Below, in pieces: positions 18,268 through 28,591 of a stretch of 64,000 bases of DNA. Each line of letters opens with the position of its first letter. Position 1 is the first letter of the stretch. Source of the stretch: Sulfurovaceae bacterium. Lineage in GTDB: Bacteria; Campylobacterota; Campylobacteria; Campylobacterales; Sulfurovaceae. The DNA lies in the NCBI GenBank assembly GCA_028715055.1, contig JAQTLE010000001.1, positions 486,382 to 550,381 on the forward strand. The letters are read 5' to 3'. Position numbers and translations under genes: made by a program. Below the pieces are notes generated by a model, which was not told where the DNA came from, searched no databases, and saw only the letters and a program-made list of their open reading frames with translations.

Positions 18268-21200
18268 ATGCAGGATTTATTCACCTCTTTTAGAGACAAT
18301 TGCGGCTTTGGATTGTTGGCTTCTATTGACAATATCCCTTCGCACAAAAATCTAGAAGATGCCATAATGGCACTCTCTAGAATGATACACCGTGGAGCTA
18401 TAGCAGCTGATGGAAAGACTGGAGATGGAAGTGGACTTTTGCTTTCGATCCCAAAAAAGTTTTTCGATAAAGTTGCCAAAAAAGACGGCATTGTATTGCC
18501 GGAAACTTATGCTGTAGGTATGATTTTTAGCACTTCAGAATCTGATTTTGATGTTATAAACGATGTATGTAAAACAAACGACTTAAGAGTAATTTATACA
18601 AGAACAGTACCTTTGGAAATAGAAGCACTAGGAGTACAAGCATTAGAAACTCTGCCGATCATTAAGCAAGTATTCATAGCACCAAATACTCTTATGGGTA
18701 CTCGTAGATTTGATGCGCTTGTTTATCTTTCAAGAAGAGAAATAGAAAATAAACTTAAAGAAAATCAAGATTTTTATATTCCGTCATTTTCAACTTCTGT
18801 GGTTTCATACAAAGGTCTTGTTATGCCAACGCATATCAAAGAGTTTTATAAAGACTTGGCTGATAAAGATTTTGAGATATCTTTTGGCCTTTTCCACCAA
18901 AGATTTTCTACCAATACTTTGCCAAAATGGAAACTAGCCCAGCCTTTCCGCATGATAGCTCATAATGGCGAGATAAACTCAGTAACTGCAAATCGTTTCA
19001 ATGTATCTGCTAAGAGCGAATTTTTGCAAAGTGATGTTTTTTCTGATGATGAGCTTAAAAGATTATTACCTATTATTCAAGATGGCATGAGTGATTCGGC
19101 TAGTCTTGATAACTTTTTTGAATTTTTGAGACTTAATGGAGTTGATTTCTTTAAAGCAGCCAGATCAGTCTTGCCGGCTCCTTGGCAAAATGCTCCGCAT
19201 ATGGATGCTAAGCTAAGAGCATTTTATGAATATATAAGTACATGCTTTGAAGCATGGGATGGCCCAGCGGCTGTGAGTATGACAGATGGTAGATATATCG
19301 GATGTGTACTTGATAGAAATGGACTTAGACCATCTAAATATATCATTACGAAAGACAGAAGACTCCTTATTGCATCTGAATATGGTGTACTTGATACGCC
19401 TGAAGATGATATTGTGGAGCGCGGCAGACTCCAATCTGGCGAAATGATGGGGGTTGATTTAAAATATGGCACGGTTTTAAAAAGCCATGATATAGATACT
19501 TATCTTAAGAACCGCGAACCTTATGATAAATGGCTTAATGAAAAAATGACTTACCTTCAAGAGCATATAAAAGATCCATTCTCTACAATTGACATACCTC
19601 AAAAAGAAGAGATGGAAGCCAAACAACGGTTTTTTAATATTACTCTTGAAGTACAGGAACAAGTTTTCGAATCAATGATGATTGAGGGCAAAGAAACAAC
19701 TGCTTCTATGGGAGATGATACTCCTTTGGCGGCATTTTCGACTAATCAGAGAAATTTTTCTGACTTCTTCCGCCAAAAATTCGCTCAAGTTACAAATCCA
19801 CCTATCGATCCGATCAGGGAAAAAGTTGTAATGAGCTTAAATACCGGTTTTGGCGAAGTTCGCAATATTCTTTCAGACGATGCAGAGCACGCAAAAAGAC
19901 TAAAAACAGTATCTCCTATTTTGTCTCTTGAAAAACTCGAAATGCTAAAAGCTTTCGGTACACAAAATGATCCTAGATATGATGATAGCTATCGTATGAG
20001 ATGCTATAGTACTGTATTCCAATGCAATCTACAACAGAGCCTTGATACTTTGATAGAAACTATCATTAAAGATGTTAAAGAAGATGGAATCCGTACAATC
20101 ATACTAGATGATAGAGAATTAAATGCTGCCAATAATGTAATGCCTATGCTGATGGTGGTAGGCAGGCTTAATCAAGCACTGCTTAATTGTGGAATTAGAC
20201 ATCTAACGAGCACGGTCGCTGTAAGTGGAGAGGTTTACGATTCTCATATGGCAGCTTGTATGATAGCTTATGGAGCCGCAGCGATATATCCGTATATGCT
20301 TTATCAAAGTGTAGCAATGATGGCTAGACGTAAAGATGAATCTGCTGATTTGGCTCCAATGCTAAAAAAAGTTCGCAAATCTATAAATGCCGGGCTTTTG
20401 AAAATAATGTCCAAAATGGGGATATCTACGATTGCAAGCTATCGTAATTCTAAGCTTTTTGATGTAATAGGTTTAGACAGCCAAATTACAAATGAATGTT
20501 TTGACGGATCGTATGCATTGCTCAAAGGACTTGGATATAGTGACATAGAAGTCAGACTAACCAAAGCACACAAAGAAGCGTTTGATGCAAGGGTTGCTAA
20601 TCGTATATTCCCGCTTAATATCGGGGGCTTTTATAAATATCTCGATGGCGGAGAGTATCATGATTATGCTCCAAAAACTGTTCATGCTATTCATGATCTT
20701 GCAGCCAGCGGCAAACAGGAAGATTATGATAAGCTCAAAAAAATTATCAATAATCGTGACAAAAAATTCATAAGAGACTTTTTTGTATTAAAAAGCGACA
20801 AAAAACCAATTGCTATAAATCAAGTTGAACCGAAAGAGGCTATATTTAAGCGATTTTCAACAGCTGCAATGAGTTTGGGTTCAATTTCACCTGAAGCTCA
20901 CGAGTGTCTGGCGATTGCCATGAATACAATCGGAGCTATGAGTAATTCCGGTGAAGGCGGAGAAGATGAAGCAAGATTTGGTACGATAAAAAATTCTAAG
21001 ATCAAACAAGTTGCATCGGGTCGTTTCGGTGTTACTCCGGCTTATTTGCGTTCGGCTGAAGAGTTGCAGATAAAAGTAGCTCAAGGAGCAAAACCAGGCG
21101 AAGGCGGACAGCTACCAGGACATAAAGTAAGTCCGCTAATTGCCAGACTTCGTCATACAATGCCAGGCGTTACACTTATATCGCCGCCTCCGCATCATGA

Positions 21201-22689
21201 TATTTATTCTATAGAAGATCTAGCTCAGCTTATTTTTGACCTTAAACAAGTCAATCCTGAGGCAAAAATAGCAGTAAAATTAGTTTCAACTGCAGGAGTT
21301 GGGACAATTGCAGCAGGAGTTGCCAAAGCATATGCAGATAAGATCATTATCTCAGGTAGCGACGGAGGAACAGGAGCAGCGCCGATAGGCTCTATTAAAT
21401 TCGCAGGAAATCCTTGGGAGCTTGGTCTTATAGAGGCGCATAATGCACTCAAAGCAAACAATCTTAGAGGGCAAGTGCAGCTAGAAACTGACGGTGGTCT
21501 AAAAACCGGACTGGATATCATCAAAGCTGCCATTTTTGGAGCCGAGACTTTTGCATTCGGTACCGGGGTATTGACAGTGGTTGGATGTAAGATATTACGT
21601 ATTTGTCATCTTAATCGTTGTAGTGTTGGTATAGCCACACAAGATGAGAAATTGCGAGAGCATTATGAAGGCACGGTTGATAAAGTTATCAATTACTTTA
21701 CACTGTTAGCAGAGGATGTTAGAGAGATATTGGCAAGTTTGGGATATTCATCCCTCGAAGAGATCATTGGAAGAAATGAACTTCTAGAAGTGATCAACGA
21801 TAATTTTGCACGTAAATTCTCATTTGAATCAATGCTTTATAGACTAGAAGGTCCAAATACAGTTCAAGTGCCTTCAAATGAGCCATACGACAAAAATGAA
21901 TATGAAGAAGAGATATTAAAAGAGATCATGCCTGCTATTAAAAACAGCAATGATTCTATAGTTCTTGAAAAATCAATTTCAAACATAAATCGTTCGTTTG
22001 GTGCAAGAATCTCGGGAGAAATCGCCAAATACTATGGCGACAAAGGTTTGCCGGATGGCACGATCGATATTCACCTAAATGGTATCACAGGACAATCTTT
22101 GGGTGCATTTTTAATCAATGGTATTAGCTTACATGTAAATGGAGCAGGTAATGACTACATAGGTAAAGGAATGCACGGCGGAAGAATAGTTATAACTTCC
22201 CAAAAGAGCAGGGAAGGATATTCACTCGGTGGAAATACTTGCCTTTATGGTGCTACCGGTGGTAAGCTTTATATCGGCGGGCAAGTCGGAGAGAGATTTG
22301 GAGTGAGAAATTCCGGAGCTATTGCTATAGTTGAGGGTACGGGCGATCATCCTTGTGAATATATGACAGGCGGTGCTGTTGTTATTTTAGGCAAGACCGG
22401 AGTCAATTTTGGTGCAGGAATGACAGGAGGGGTCGCATTTGTATATGATACGGCTCATGAATTTGTTGAAAATATAAATCAAGAGCTAGTAGAGCCTAGA
22501 CGTATTGATACAGATGAAACAGATATAGAGAGATATTATCTCAAAAAGCTGCTCAAAGATTATTATAACGAAACAAAAAGCGAAATTGCCAAAAAGATTT
22601 TGGATAATTTCAGAGTAGAAATTCGTAATTTTTGGATGGTTAGACCAAAGGACATGAAAGGTCCACTTAAAATCGGAGCAGGAGAATAA
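18268..22689 (+). CDS. gltB: glutamate synthase (NADPH) large subunit
   Basis: 1473 aa. Ntn amidotransferase Cys in NCGFGLLA, an FMN/3Fe-4S region and a C-terminal GXGXG beta-helix domain. Confidence 0.97.
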   Translation: MQDLFTSFRDNCGFGLLASIDNIPSHKNLEDAIMALSRMIHRGAIAADGKTGDGSGLLLSIPKKFFDKVAKKDGIVLPETYAVGMIFSTSESDFDVINDVCKTNDLRVIYTRTVPLEIEALGVQALETLPIIKQVFIAPNTLMGTRRFDALVYLSRREIENKLKENQDFYIPSFSTSVVSYKGLVMPTHIKEFYKDLADKDFEISFGLFHQRFSTNTLPKWKLAQPFRMIAHNGEINSVTANRFNVSAKSEFLQSDVFSDDELKRLLPIIQDGMSDSASLDNFFEFLRLNGVDFFKAARSVLPAPWQNAPHMDAKLRAFYEYISTCFEAWDGPAAVSMTDGRYIGCVLDRNGLRPSKYIITKDRRLLIASEYGVLDTPEDDIVERGRLQSGEMMGVDLKYGTVLKSHDIDTYLKNREPYDKWLNEKMTYLQEHIKDPFSTIDIPQKEEMEAKQRFFNITLEVQEQVFESMMIEGKETTASMGDDTPLAAFSTNQRNFSDFFRQKFAQVTNPPIDPIREKVVMSLNTGFGEVRNILSDDAEHAKRLKTVSPILSLEKLEMLKAFGTQNDPRYDDSYRMRCYSTVFQCNLQQSLDTLIETIIKDVKEDGIRTIILDDRELNAANNVMPMLMVVGRLNQALLNCGIRHLTSTVAVSGEVYDSHMAACMIAYGAAAIYPYMLYQSVAMMARRKDESADLAPMLKKVRKSINAGLLKIMSKMGISTIASYRNSKLFDVIGLDSQITNECFDGSYALLKGLGYSDIEVRLTKAHKEAFDARVANRIFPLNIGGFYKYLDGGEYHDYAPKTVHAIHDLAASGKQEDYDKLKKIINNRDKKFIRDFFVLKSDKKPIAINQVEPKEAIFKRFSTAAMSLGSISPEAHECLAIAMNTIGAMSNSGEGGEDEARFGTIKNSKIKQVASGRFGVTPAYLRSAEELQIKVAQGAKPGEGGQLPGHKVSPLIARLRHTMPGVTLISPPPHHDIYSIEDLAQLIFDLKQVNPEAKIAVKLVSTAGVGTIAAGVAKAYADKIIISGSDGGTGAAPIGSIKFAGNPWELGLIEAHNALKANNLRGQVQLETDGGLKTGLDIIKAAIFGAETFAFGTGVLTVVGCKILRICHLNRCSVGIATQDEKLREHYEGTVDKVINYFTLLAEDVREILASLGYSSLEEIIGRNELLEVINDNFARKFSFESMLYRLEGPNTVQVPSNEPYDKNEYEEEILKEIMPAIKNSNDSIVLEKSISNINRSFGARISGEIAKYYGDKGLPDGTIDIHLNGITGQSLGAFLINGISLHVNGAGNDYIGKGMHGGRIVITSQKSREGYSLGGNTCLYGATGGKLYIGGQVGERFGVRNSGAIAIVEGTGDHPCEYMTGGAVVILGKTGVNFGAGMTGGVAFVYDTAHEFVENINQELVEPRRIDTDETDIERYYLKKLLKDYYNETKSEIAKKILDNFRVEIRNFWMVRPKDMKGPLKIGAGE

Positions 22690-22690
22690 G

Positions 22691-24073
22691 ATGCAAAAGT
22701 TTCTTGAATTTGATAGATTGGATGCCAAAAAAAGAGATGTAGTAGAACGCATCAAAGATTTTGATGAGATTTATGAAGTGTTTATGCCAGAAAAAGCCAA
22801 TGAACAATCTGATAGATGTATACAATGCGGAGATCCATATTGTCATAATGGCTGTCCATTGCACAATTTTATCCCACAATGGCTCAAAGCTACTGCTACT
22901 AAAGATTTGGAATTTGCATTTACGCTTTCTAATGAATCCTCTCCATTTCCTGAAGTGATGGGTCGCATTTGTCCACATGATAGACTTTGCGAAGGCGCAT
23001 GTACTCTAAATGATGGTTATGGGGCAATCACGATAGGTTCCATCGAAACCTTTATAAATGAAGAGGGATTCAAAAAAGGACTTAAACCAAAATTTGCTTC
23101 TAAAAAAATTGATAAAAAAGTAGCTATTATTGGAGCAGGACCAGCTGGCTTGTCTGCGGCTACTTTTTTGCTTCGAGATGGCATCAGTGTAGAGATTTTT
23201 GACAAACAAGCCAAGGCAGGCGGACTTTTGATGTATGGTATACCAGGGTTCAAATTAGATAAAAACATAGTATCTAGACGCGTTAGGTTACTTGAAGAAG
23301 CCGGTGCTGTATTTCATTTGAATACAGAAGTTGGTAAAGATGTCGCCTTTGAAGAATTAATGGAAAATTTTGACGCTGTATTTATTGGCGTTGGAGCAAC
23401 AAAAGGTAAAAAAGCCGGCCTTGTGGGCGAAGATGCTAGTAATATATATTTGGCTATGGATTTCTTGACAACTATTCAAAAAAATATTTTTGGAGAAAAA
23501 GTAAAGAAAAACATAGATGTTAAAGATAAAAGAGTAGTTGTTATCGGAGGCGGCGATACAGCTATGGACTGTGTGAGAACATCACTTAGAGAAAAAGCCA
23601 AAAGTGTCAAATGCTTATATCGCAGAGATGCTTTCAATATGCCTGGAAGTAAAAAAGAATATGTTAATGCAAAAGAAGAAGGTGTAGAATTTGAGTTCTA
23701 TGTATCACCTAAAAAATTTATCACCAATGATAAAGCAGAAGTTATCGGAGTAGAGATGGTTAAAACCAAACTCAGCACTCCAGATGAAGGCGGCAGACAA
23801 AAAGTTGAAGAAATTGCAAGCAGTAATTATCTAGTAGATGCCGATATAGTTATCACAGCACTCGGGTTTGATATGTGCGAATATTCATTTTTGGCATCTA
23901 ATGGTATTGAGACTGACAAATGGGGACAAATTTTAGTAGATGAAAATCATGAAACTACCAAGACAGGCATATATGCAGGTGGAGATTGCCAGCGAGGTGC
24001 AGACTTGGTCGTAACTGCTGTGAGAGATGGCAGAGAAGCTGCAAGAGCGATTATTAAAAAACTTTTGGCATAA
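22691..24073 (+). CDS. gltD: glutamate synthase small subunit
   Basis: Fe-S cysteines CIQCGDPYCHNGCP, dinucleotide folds GAGPAGL and GGGDTAMD. Starts 1 nt after the gltB stop. Confidence 0.95.
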   Translation: MQKFLEFDRLDAKKRDVVERIKDFDEIYEVFMPEKANEQSDRCIQCGDPYCHNGCPLHNFIPQWLKATATKDLEFAFTLSNESSPFPEVMGRICPHDRLCEGACTLNDGYGAITIGSIETFINEEGFKKGLKPKFASKKIDKKVAIIGAGPAGLSAATFLLRDGISVEIFDKQAKAGGLLMYGIPGFKLDKNIVSRRVRLLEEAGAVFHLNTEVGKDVAFEELMENFDAVFIGVGATKGKKAGLVGEDASNIYLAMDFLTTIQKNIFGEKVKKNIDVKDKRVVVIGGGDTAMDCVRTSLREKAKSVKCLYRRDAFNMPGSKKEYVNAKEEGVEFEFYVSPKKFITNDKAEVIGVEMVKTKLSTPDEGGRQKVEEIASSNYLVDADIVITALGFDMCEYSFLASNGIETDKWGQILVDENHETTKTGIYAGGDCQRGADLVVTAVRDGREAARAIIKKLLA

Positions 24074-24081
24074 AATATTTT

Positions 24082-24783
24082 ATGCATTTTATATCTTATG
24101 CCAATCTTACTTTAATGCTGATACCTTTGGTATCGGTCGCACTGTTTTATTGGCGCTGGGGTGGAGATGCTGGAGAGATCGGCATATCTACAGTTAGAAT
24201 GGTAGTCCAGCTTATTTTGGTCGGATATATACTAACTTCTCTTTTTACCACAAAATCATCCGTGCTTTTAATGCTTATGGTTCTTGTCATGATAGTAGTG
24301 TCAGGTTGGATAGCTTTGCATAATTTAAAAGTAAAAAACAAAATAGTATATATAAAAATTACACTTGCTATTGCAATAGGCGGAACCATCAATCTTTTGT
24401 GGGTGTTATTGTTTATATTGAAATTGCCTACATTAATTGAACCAAGAGTAGTTATACCATTGGCTGGTATGATTTATGCGAATGCCATGAATATGGTATC
24501 TCTAGCTGCAGAGAGATTGGAGAGTGAGATTGAGGATCATACATATCTTATCGCACGAAAAATTGCATTAAGAGCTGCTATGATACCGCAAATCAATACT
24601 TTTTTAGCAGTCGGCCTGGTAGCACTCCCAGGAATGATGACAGGACAAATATTATCAGGGATTGATCCCATGATAGCGGTTAGATATCAGATCGTAGTTA
24701 TGGCAATGGTTCTTTCAAGCGGAGCTATGAGCAGCATGCTTTATCTTGCATGGTATAAAAATCCAAATTATAATAAGGCATAA
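24082..24783 (+). CDS. UPF0014/FetB(YbbM)-like ABC-type permease
   Basis: 233-aa polytopic protein. The ALPGMMTGQILSG motif is characteristic of the FetB family. No adjacent ATPase gene. Confidence 0.65.
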   Translation: MHFISYANLTLMLIPLVSVALFYWRWGGDAGEIGISTVRMVVQLILVGYILTSLFTTKSSVLLMLMVLVMIVVSGWIALHNLKVKNKIVYIKITLAIAIGGTINLLWVLLFILKLPTLIEPRVVIPLAGMIYANAMNMVSLAAERLESEIEDHTYLIARKIALRAAMIPQINTFLAVGLVALPGMMTGQILSGIDPMIAVRYQIVVMAMVLSSGAMSSMLYLAWYKNPNYNKA

Positions 24784-25526
24784 TGATGCATCCTTTTTTG
24801 CTAGCTACACTAAAAGCCAATGAAATAATACACGATACCATAAATAATAAACATTCTGCCGAGTGGTATCAAAAACATTCAGTTGGAGCAGGCGGCGATA
24901 TAAGCAGTGGTTTTGATCTATTTGCGGAAAAAGTTTTTTATGATCATTTGCACCATTTTGGAAGCATAGAATCTGAAGAATCAGGTGTTATGAACGATGG
25001 AAAAGCCAAAATAATTATTGATCCAATTGACGGCAGTGATAATGCATTATCTAAATTCGGATATTTTGGCACTTCCGTAGCATACATTAATTCTAGTGGC
25101 ATCTTAGAGCATGCTATGATATGTAATTTAGCCACATCTGAAGTTTTTTGGGTAACAAAATCAAACATACCACAACACGGTAAGCTTTTTCAAAATATAT
25201 GGATGCCAATAGAGTTAAATAATCATAGCAAAATAGGTATTTTTGAACGCGCATATGCATATCCAAGTGTGGTGCAAGCATTGCATGATAATGATATAAA
25301 ATTCCGATCCCCTGGAGCTTTGGCTTTATCGTTAGCATACGCAAGATGGGTAGATTTTGTGTTGTTTGTAGGCCCATTTCGTATATATGATGTAGCAGCG
25401 GGTTTGGCACTTTGCGAAGGTCTCGAAGTGATTATACAAGAGGATTATGCTATAGTATCAAAAGAAAAAGGGATTGCACTTAAAATAGAGCAAATAATAA
25501 ATAGCATTTTAGAGGAGAATTTATGA
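24783..25526 (+). CDS. inositol monophosphatase family protein
   Basis: Metal-binding motif IIDPIDGSDN. 247 aa. Overlaps its neighbours on both sides. Confidence 0.8.
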   Translation: MMHPFLLATLKANEIIHDTINNKHSAEWYQKHSVGAGGDISSGFDLFAEKVFYDHLHHFGSIESEESGVMNDGKAKIIIDPIDGSDNALSKFGYFGTSVAYINSSGILEHAMICNLATSEVFWVTKSNIPQHGKLFQNIWMPIELNNHSKIGIFERAYAYPSVVQALHDNDIKFRSPGALALSLAYARWVDFVLFVGPFRIYDVAAGLALCEGLEVIIQEDYAIVSKEKGIALKIEQIINSILEENL

Positions 25527-26374
25527 ATTTTGGTAGCTTGTTTAGGAATATGTATAATAAAAAAATAGCACCTAAAGAAGAGGCGGTTCAAAATCAGTGG
25601 GTTAAATGTCCGCATTGTTTGTCTCTGATTTATTATAAAGAGATTGAAGCTAAAAATGAAGTATGTCCAAAATGTCATCATCATTTTCGTATAAGTGCCG
25701 GGAAGCGAATAAGCATACTTGCCGATGAAGGTACTTTTGTAGAGTATGACAATTCATTGGCACCAACCGACCCGTTGGAATTTGTTGATAAGAAAAGTTA
25801 TAAAAAAAGATTAGAAGAAAGCAAAGCAAAAACAGGCAAAACATCATGTGTTATCAGCGGAAGCTGCACAATGAACGGCGAACCTGTAGAACTCGTTGTT
25901 TTTGATTTCGCATTTATGGGCGGAAGTTTGGGCTCGGTTGAAGGTGAAAAAATAGTTAGAGCCGTAAATAGAGCAATTAAAAATAAATCAGGTGTTGTTA
26001 TAGTAAGTGCCAGTGGCGGAGCAAGAATGCAAGAAAGTACATATTCATTGATGCAAATGAGTAAAACGTCAGCAGCACTAAATCATTTGGCTGCAGCTAA
26101 GTTACCATTTATTTCTGTGCTGACTGATCCGACAATGGGCGGTGTAAGTGCTTCTTTTGCTATGCTAGGCGATGTCATAATGGCTGAACCGGGAGCTTTG
26201 GTCGGCTTTGCAGGGCAGAGGGTAATTAAGCAAACAGTCGGTGTTGATCTACCGGAAGGCTTCCAAAGAGCTGAATTTTTGCTCGAGCATGGACTTATCG
26301 ACATGGTAGTAAATAGATTTGATATGAAAAAAACTATATCAGACTTTTTGAGGCTATTTAACAGAAGCAAATGA
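25523..26374 (+). CDS. accD: acetyl-CoA carboxylase carboxyltransferase beta subunit
   Basis: N-terminal zinc ribbon CPHC...CPKC and a carboxyltransferase domain (GGSLGSVEGEK, SGGARMQE). Confidence 0.95.
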   Translation: MNFGSLFRNMYNKKIAPKEEAVQNQWVKCPHCLSLIYYKEIEAKNEVCPKCHHHFRISAGKRISILADEGTFVEYDNSLAPTDPLEFVDKKSYKKRLEESKAKTGKTSCVISGSCTMNGEPVELVVFDFAFMGGSLGSVEGEKIVRAVNRAIKNKSGVVIVSASGGARMQESTYSLMQMSKTSAALNHLAAAKLPFISVLTDPTMGGVSASFAMLGDVIMAEPGALVGFAGQRVIKQTVGVDLPEGFQRAEFLLEHGLIDMVVNRFDMKKTISDFLRLFNRSK

Positions 26375-26925
26375 TATATGCTCTCGTAGACAAAGAAACG
26401 CTTGATAAAAAAAGCGTTTCTTTAGTTGATTTTATTAATATTATAAATAATATTCAAGCTCCAATACTTCAATATCGCAATAAAACAGGTTCTCTAACAG
26501 ATATAAAATCCGATATTTTACTTATTCGTTCACTCTATAAAGGGAAAATAATTATCAATGATTATATTGAACTTATAGAATATGTCGATGGACTTCATGT
26601 AGGGCAGGAGGATTTGTATTCGTTTGGGAAGAGTCCGCAAATGAGTATAAAAAAAATTCGTGATCAAATAGGACGCAAGTGGCTTGGGCTTTCTACTCAT
26701 ACTATGGATGAAATTCTTATTGCTAATGAGTTGGATTTGGATTATATAGGGCTAGGAGCATATCGTACAACAAATACAAAATCAGAAGCTATTGTATATG
26801 GAGAATCTTTACTTAATATTGCCAAATACTCCAAACATTCGGTTGCTCTTATCGGTGGAGTCAGAATAGATGACATTTTTGATGAGTCCATCACATACAA
26901 AGTCATCGGAAGCGGATTATATTAA
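26371..26925 (+). CDS. thiE: thiamine-phosphate synthase
   Basis: LQYRNK and HVGQEDL motifs, IGGV near the C-terminus. 4-nt overlap with accD. Confidence 0.85.
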   Translation: MIYALVDKETLDKKSVSLVDFINIINNIQAPILQYRNKTGSLTDIKSDILLIRSLYKGKIIINDYIELIEYVDGLHVGQEDLYSFGKSPQMSIKKIRDQIGRKWLGLSTHTMDEILIANELDLDYIGLGAYRTTNTKSEAIVYGESLLNIAKYSKHSVALIGGVRIDDIFDESITYKVIGSGLY

Positions 26926-27053
26926 TTGGCTATGGTTCTTGTTTTGTTCGCGATCAGAGTCTTTGCTAAATCTATATGTTTTGATTTAAATTATTTAAAA
27001 AGCGTTAATTAAGTACAAAAAGCTAAAATGCTCAAAAATCAAAAAGGATATTT

Positions 27054-27578
27054 ATGTTGAAAAAAATCGGTATAGCTATGGCACTTTTATTATTAATTAT
27101 CGGCGGAATATTTATATCTAACAGCTCAGAGATTTTTAGTCAAAAAGGCTATTTTGCTAAATCCACGAATGGTCTGAAGGTTGGTTCAGATATAGATTTT
27201 GTATTACCAAATCAGCATGACAAGCCGACAAAGCTTGATGACACTACCAAGAAAGTCATTTTTGTATTTGCCAAACCTACAGGTCATATCGTTAAAAATT
27301 ATCTAGCTACACAATCAGTAGATTTTTTACCATCTAAAAATATGTTATTTGTAGCAGATATCAGTCCTATGCCAGTAGCCATTAGAAACCTTATGGCGAT
27401 GCCGGATCTTAGAAAAAGTCATTTTTCTGTACTTTTGACGTTTGAACCGACTTTAACAAAACCATTTTATGACGAAAATCATAAAGATCAAATAATTATC
27501 ACTACACTTGATAATAAAAAGATCACAAAAGTGATTTATGCTACAAATGAGAAAGAATTTTTAGATGCAATTAAATAA
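27054..27578 (+). CDS. hypothetical membrane-anchored periplasmic protein
   Basis: N-terminal TM anchor. The body has alternating beta/alpha character but no CxxC. AAAGGA Shine-Dalgarno upstream. Confidence 0.65.
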   Translation: MLKKIGIAMALLLLIIGGIFISNSSEIFSQKGYFAKSTNGLKVGSDIDFVLPNQHDKPTKLDDTTKKVIFVFAKPTGHIVKNYLATQSVDFLPSKNMLFVADISPMPVAIRNLMAMPDLRKSHFSVLLTFEPTLTKPFYDENHKDQIIITTLDNKKITKVIYATNEKEFLDAIK

Positions 27579-27598
27579 TTATTTGACAGGATTTTTTT

Positions 27599-27994
27599 AT
27601 GATAGAAAATAACATGAAAACATTTCTAATGAAATATTATGCAGTAATTATCGCTACAGGCATATTTTTCTATATTTTGATAAGCCAAGTACCTTTTTAT
27701 TTAGCTGTAACATTGATGTTGGAATTTGTTGTTATGATAGAAGTGGTGAGGATGGTAGCAGATTTTATTGAGATGAAACGGGTTAAATTGCGTTTTGTAA
27801 TTGATATTTTTATTATATTTTTGACTCGTGATGTTATCATTCAAGTTACTCAACCGACTATTGATCAAGAACGAATCCTCTTTTTGCTTTTGGTTATTTT
27901 TATATTTTTTATATTTCGTCTTTTATCACTGTTTTTTAGTCCATCTATTATCTCAAAAAGCAGTCAAACAACAAATGCAGAAGATGTAGAATAA
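27599..27994 (+). CDS. PsiE-like (phosphate-starvation-inducible E family) membrane protein
   Basis: Four hydrophobic helices. The central LEFVVMIEVVRMVADFIE...LRFVIDIFIIFLTRDVII resembles the PsiE family pattern. Recalled from memory, not searched. Confidence 0.55.
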   Translation: MIENNMKTFLMKYYAVIIATGIFFYILISQVPFYLAVTLMLEFVVMIEVVRMVADFIEMKRVKLRFVIDIFIIFLTRDVIIQVTQPTIDQERILFLLLVIFIFFIFRLLSLFFSPSIISKSSQTTNAEDVE

Positions 27995-27998
27995 CTAG

Positions 27999-28015
27999 TT
28001 AAGAATCATTAAGAA
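27999..28015 (+). promoter_or_regulatory. direct repeat TTAAGAA-N3-TTAAGAA (10-bp phasing); candidate OmpR-family response-regulator site
   Basis: Repeats at 27999-28005 and 28009-28015, about 75-90 bp upstream of the Spy/CpxP-like ATG. A third TAAGAAT lies at 28059-28065, inside the palindrome ATGTAA-N5-TTACAT (28056-28072). Confidence 0.3.
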
Positions 28016-28087
28016 ACCATATAATGTCCGTTTAGTTTCATATGTAACAATTGCAATGTAAGAATATTACATACTAAAGGATTACAA

Positions 28088-28570
28088 ATGAAAAATAAAC
28101 TTACTATTTCAATAGTTGCTATATTGGCTGCAGGAAGCTTTGCTTTTGCTCAGCCATCTTTTCAAGACGGTTGTAAAATGCAACAACAATCTAGCGCATG
28201 CGCTCACTCTAAAATGAACAACATGAATATTTTTGGAAGACTAGATCTAAGTGACGCTCAAAAAAGCGCAATGGAACAAAATAGAAAAACAAATTTTCAA
28301 AATATGAAGTACCAATATCATAACAGAATTAAAATGAGTAACTATCTAAGCATTCATGGCTTTGATAAAGTCAGATTTGTTAGAGACAGAACACAAATGG
28401 CACATGGCAGAGCAGTTCATATGGCAGATGCATTTTCAAGACAATATGCTATTTTGACACCTATGCAAAAAAAAGAATTTATCAAACAATTAAAAGATAA
28501 AGAAACCAATATGTCTATGAGAATGTCCGGGCAAGGACCAAGAAGTGGCGGTTGCAACTTTAAAAGATAA
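28088..28570 (+). CDS. periplasmic Spy/CpxP/ZraP-family (LTxxQ) protein
   Basis: Signal peptide ...AGSFAFA/QP. Two LTxxQ-type motifs (LSDAQ and LTPMQ). Rich in His, Met and Gln. Confidence 0.7.
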   Translation: MKNKLTISIVAILAAGSFAFAQPSFQDGCKMQQQSSACAHSKMNNMNIFGRLDLSDAQKSAMEQNRKTNFQNMKYQYHNRIKMSNYLSIHGFDKVRFVRDRTQMAHGRAVHMADAFSRQYAILTPMQKKEFIKQLKDKETNMSMRMSGQGPRSGGCNFKR

Positions 28571-28591
28571 TAAAATAAGCTATAATTTCCA

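Noticed and set aside
26932-27012. A 26-codon hydrophobic mini-ORF (MVLVLFAIRVFAKSICFDLNYLKSVN) in the thiE downstream spacer.
   Set aside because: It has no Shine-Dalgarno, and it overlaps the GC-richer repeat-like segment. Conservation cannot be assessed from this window.
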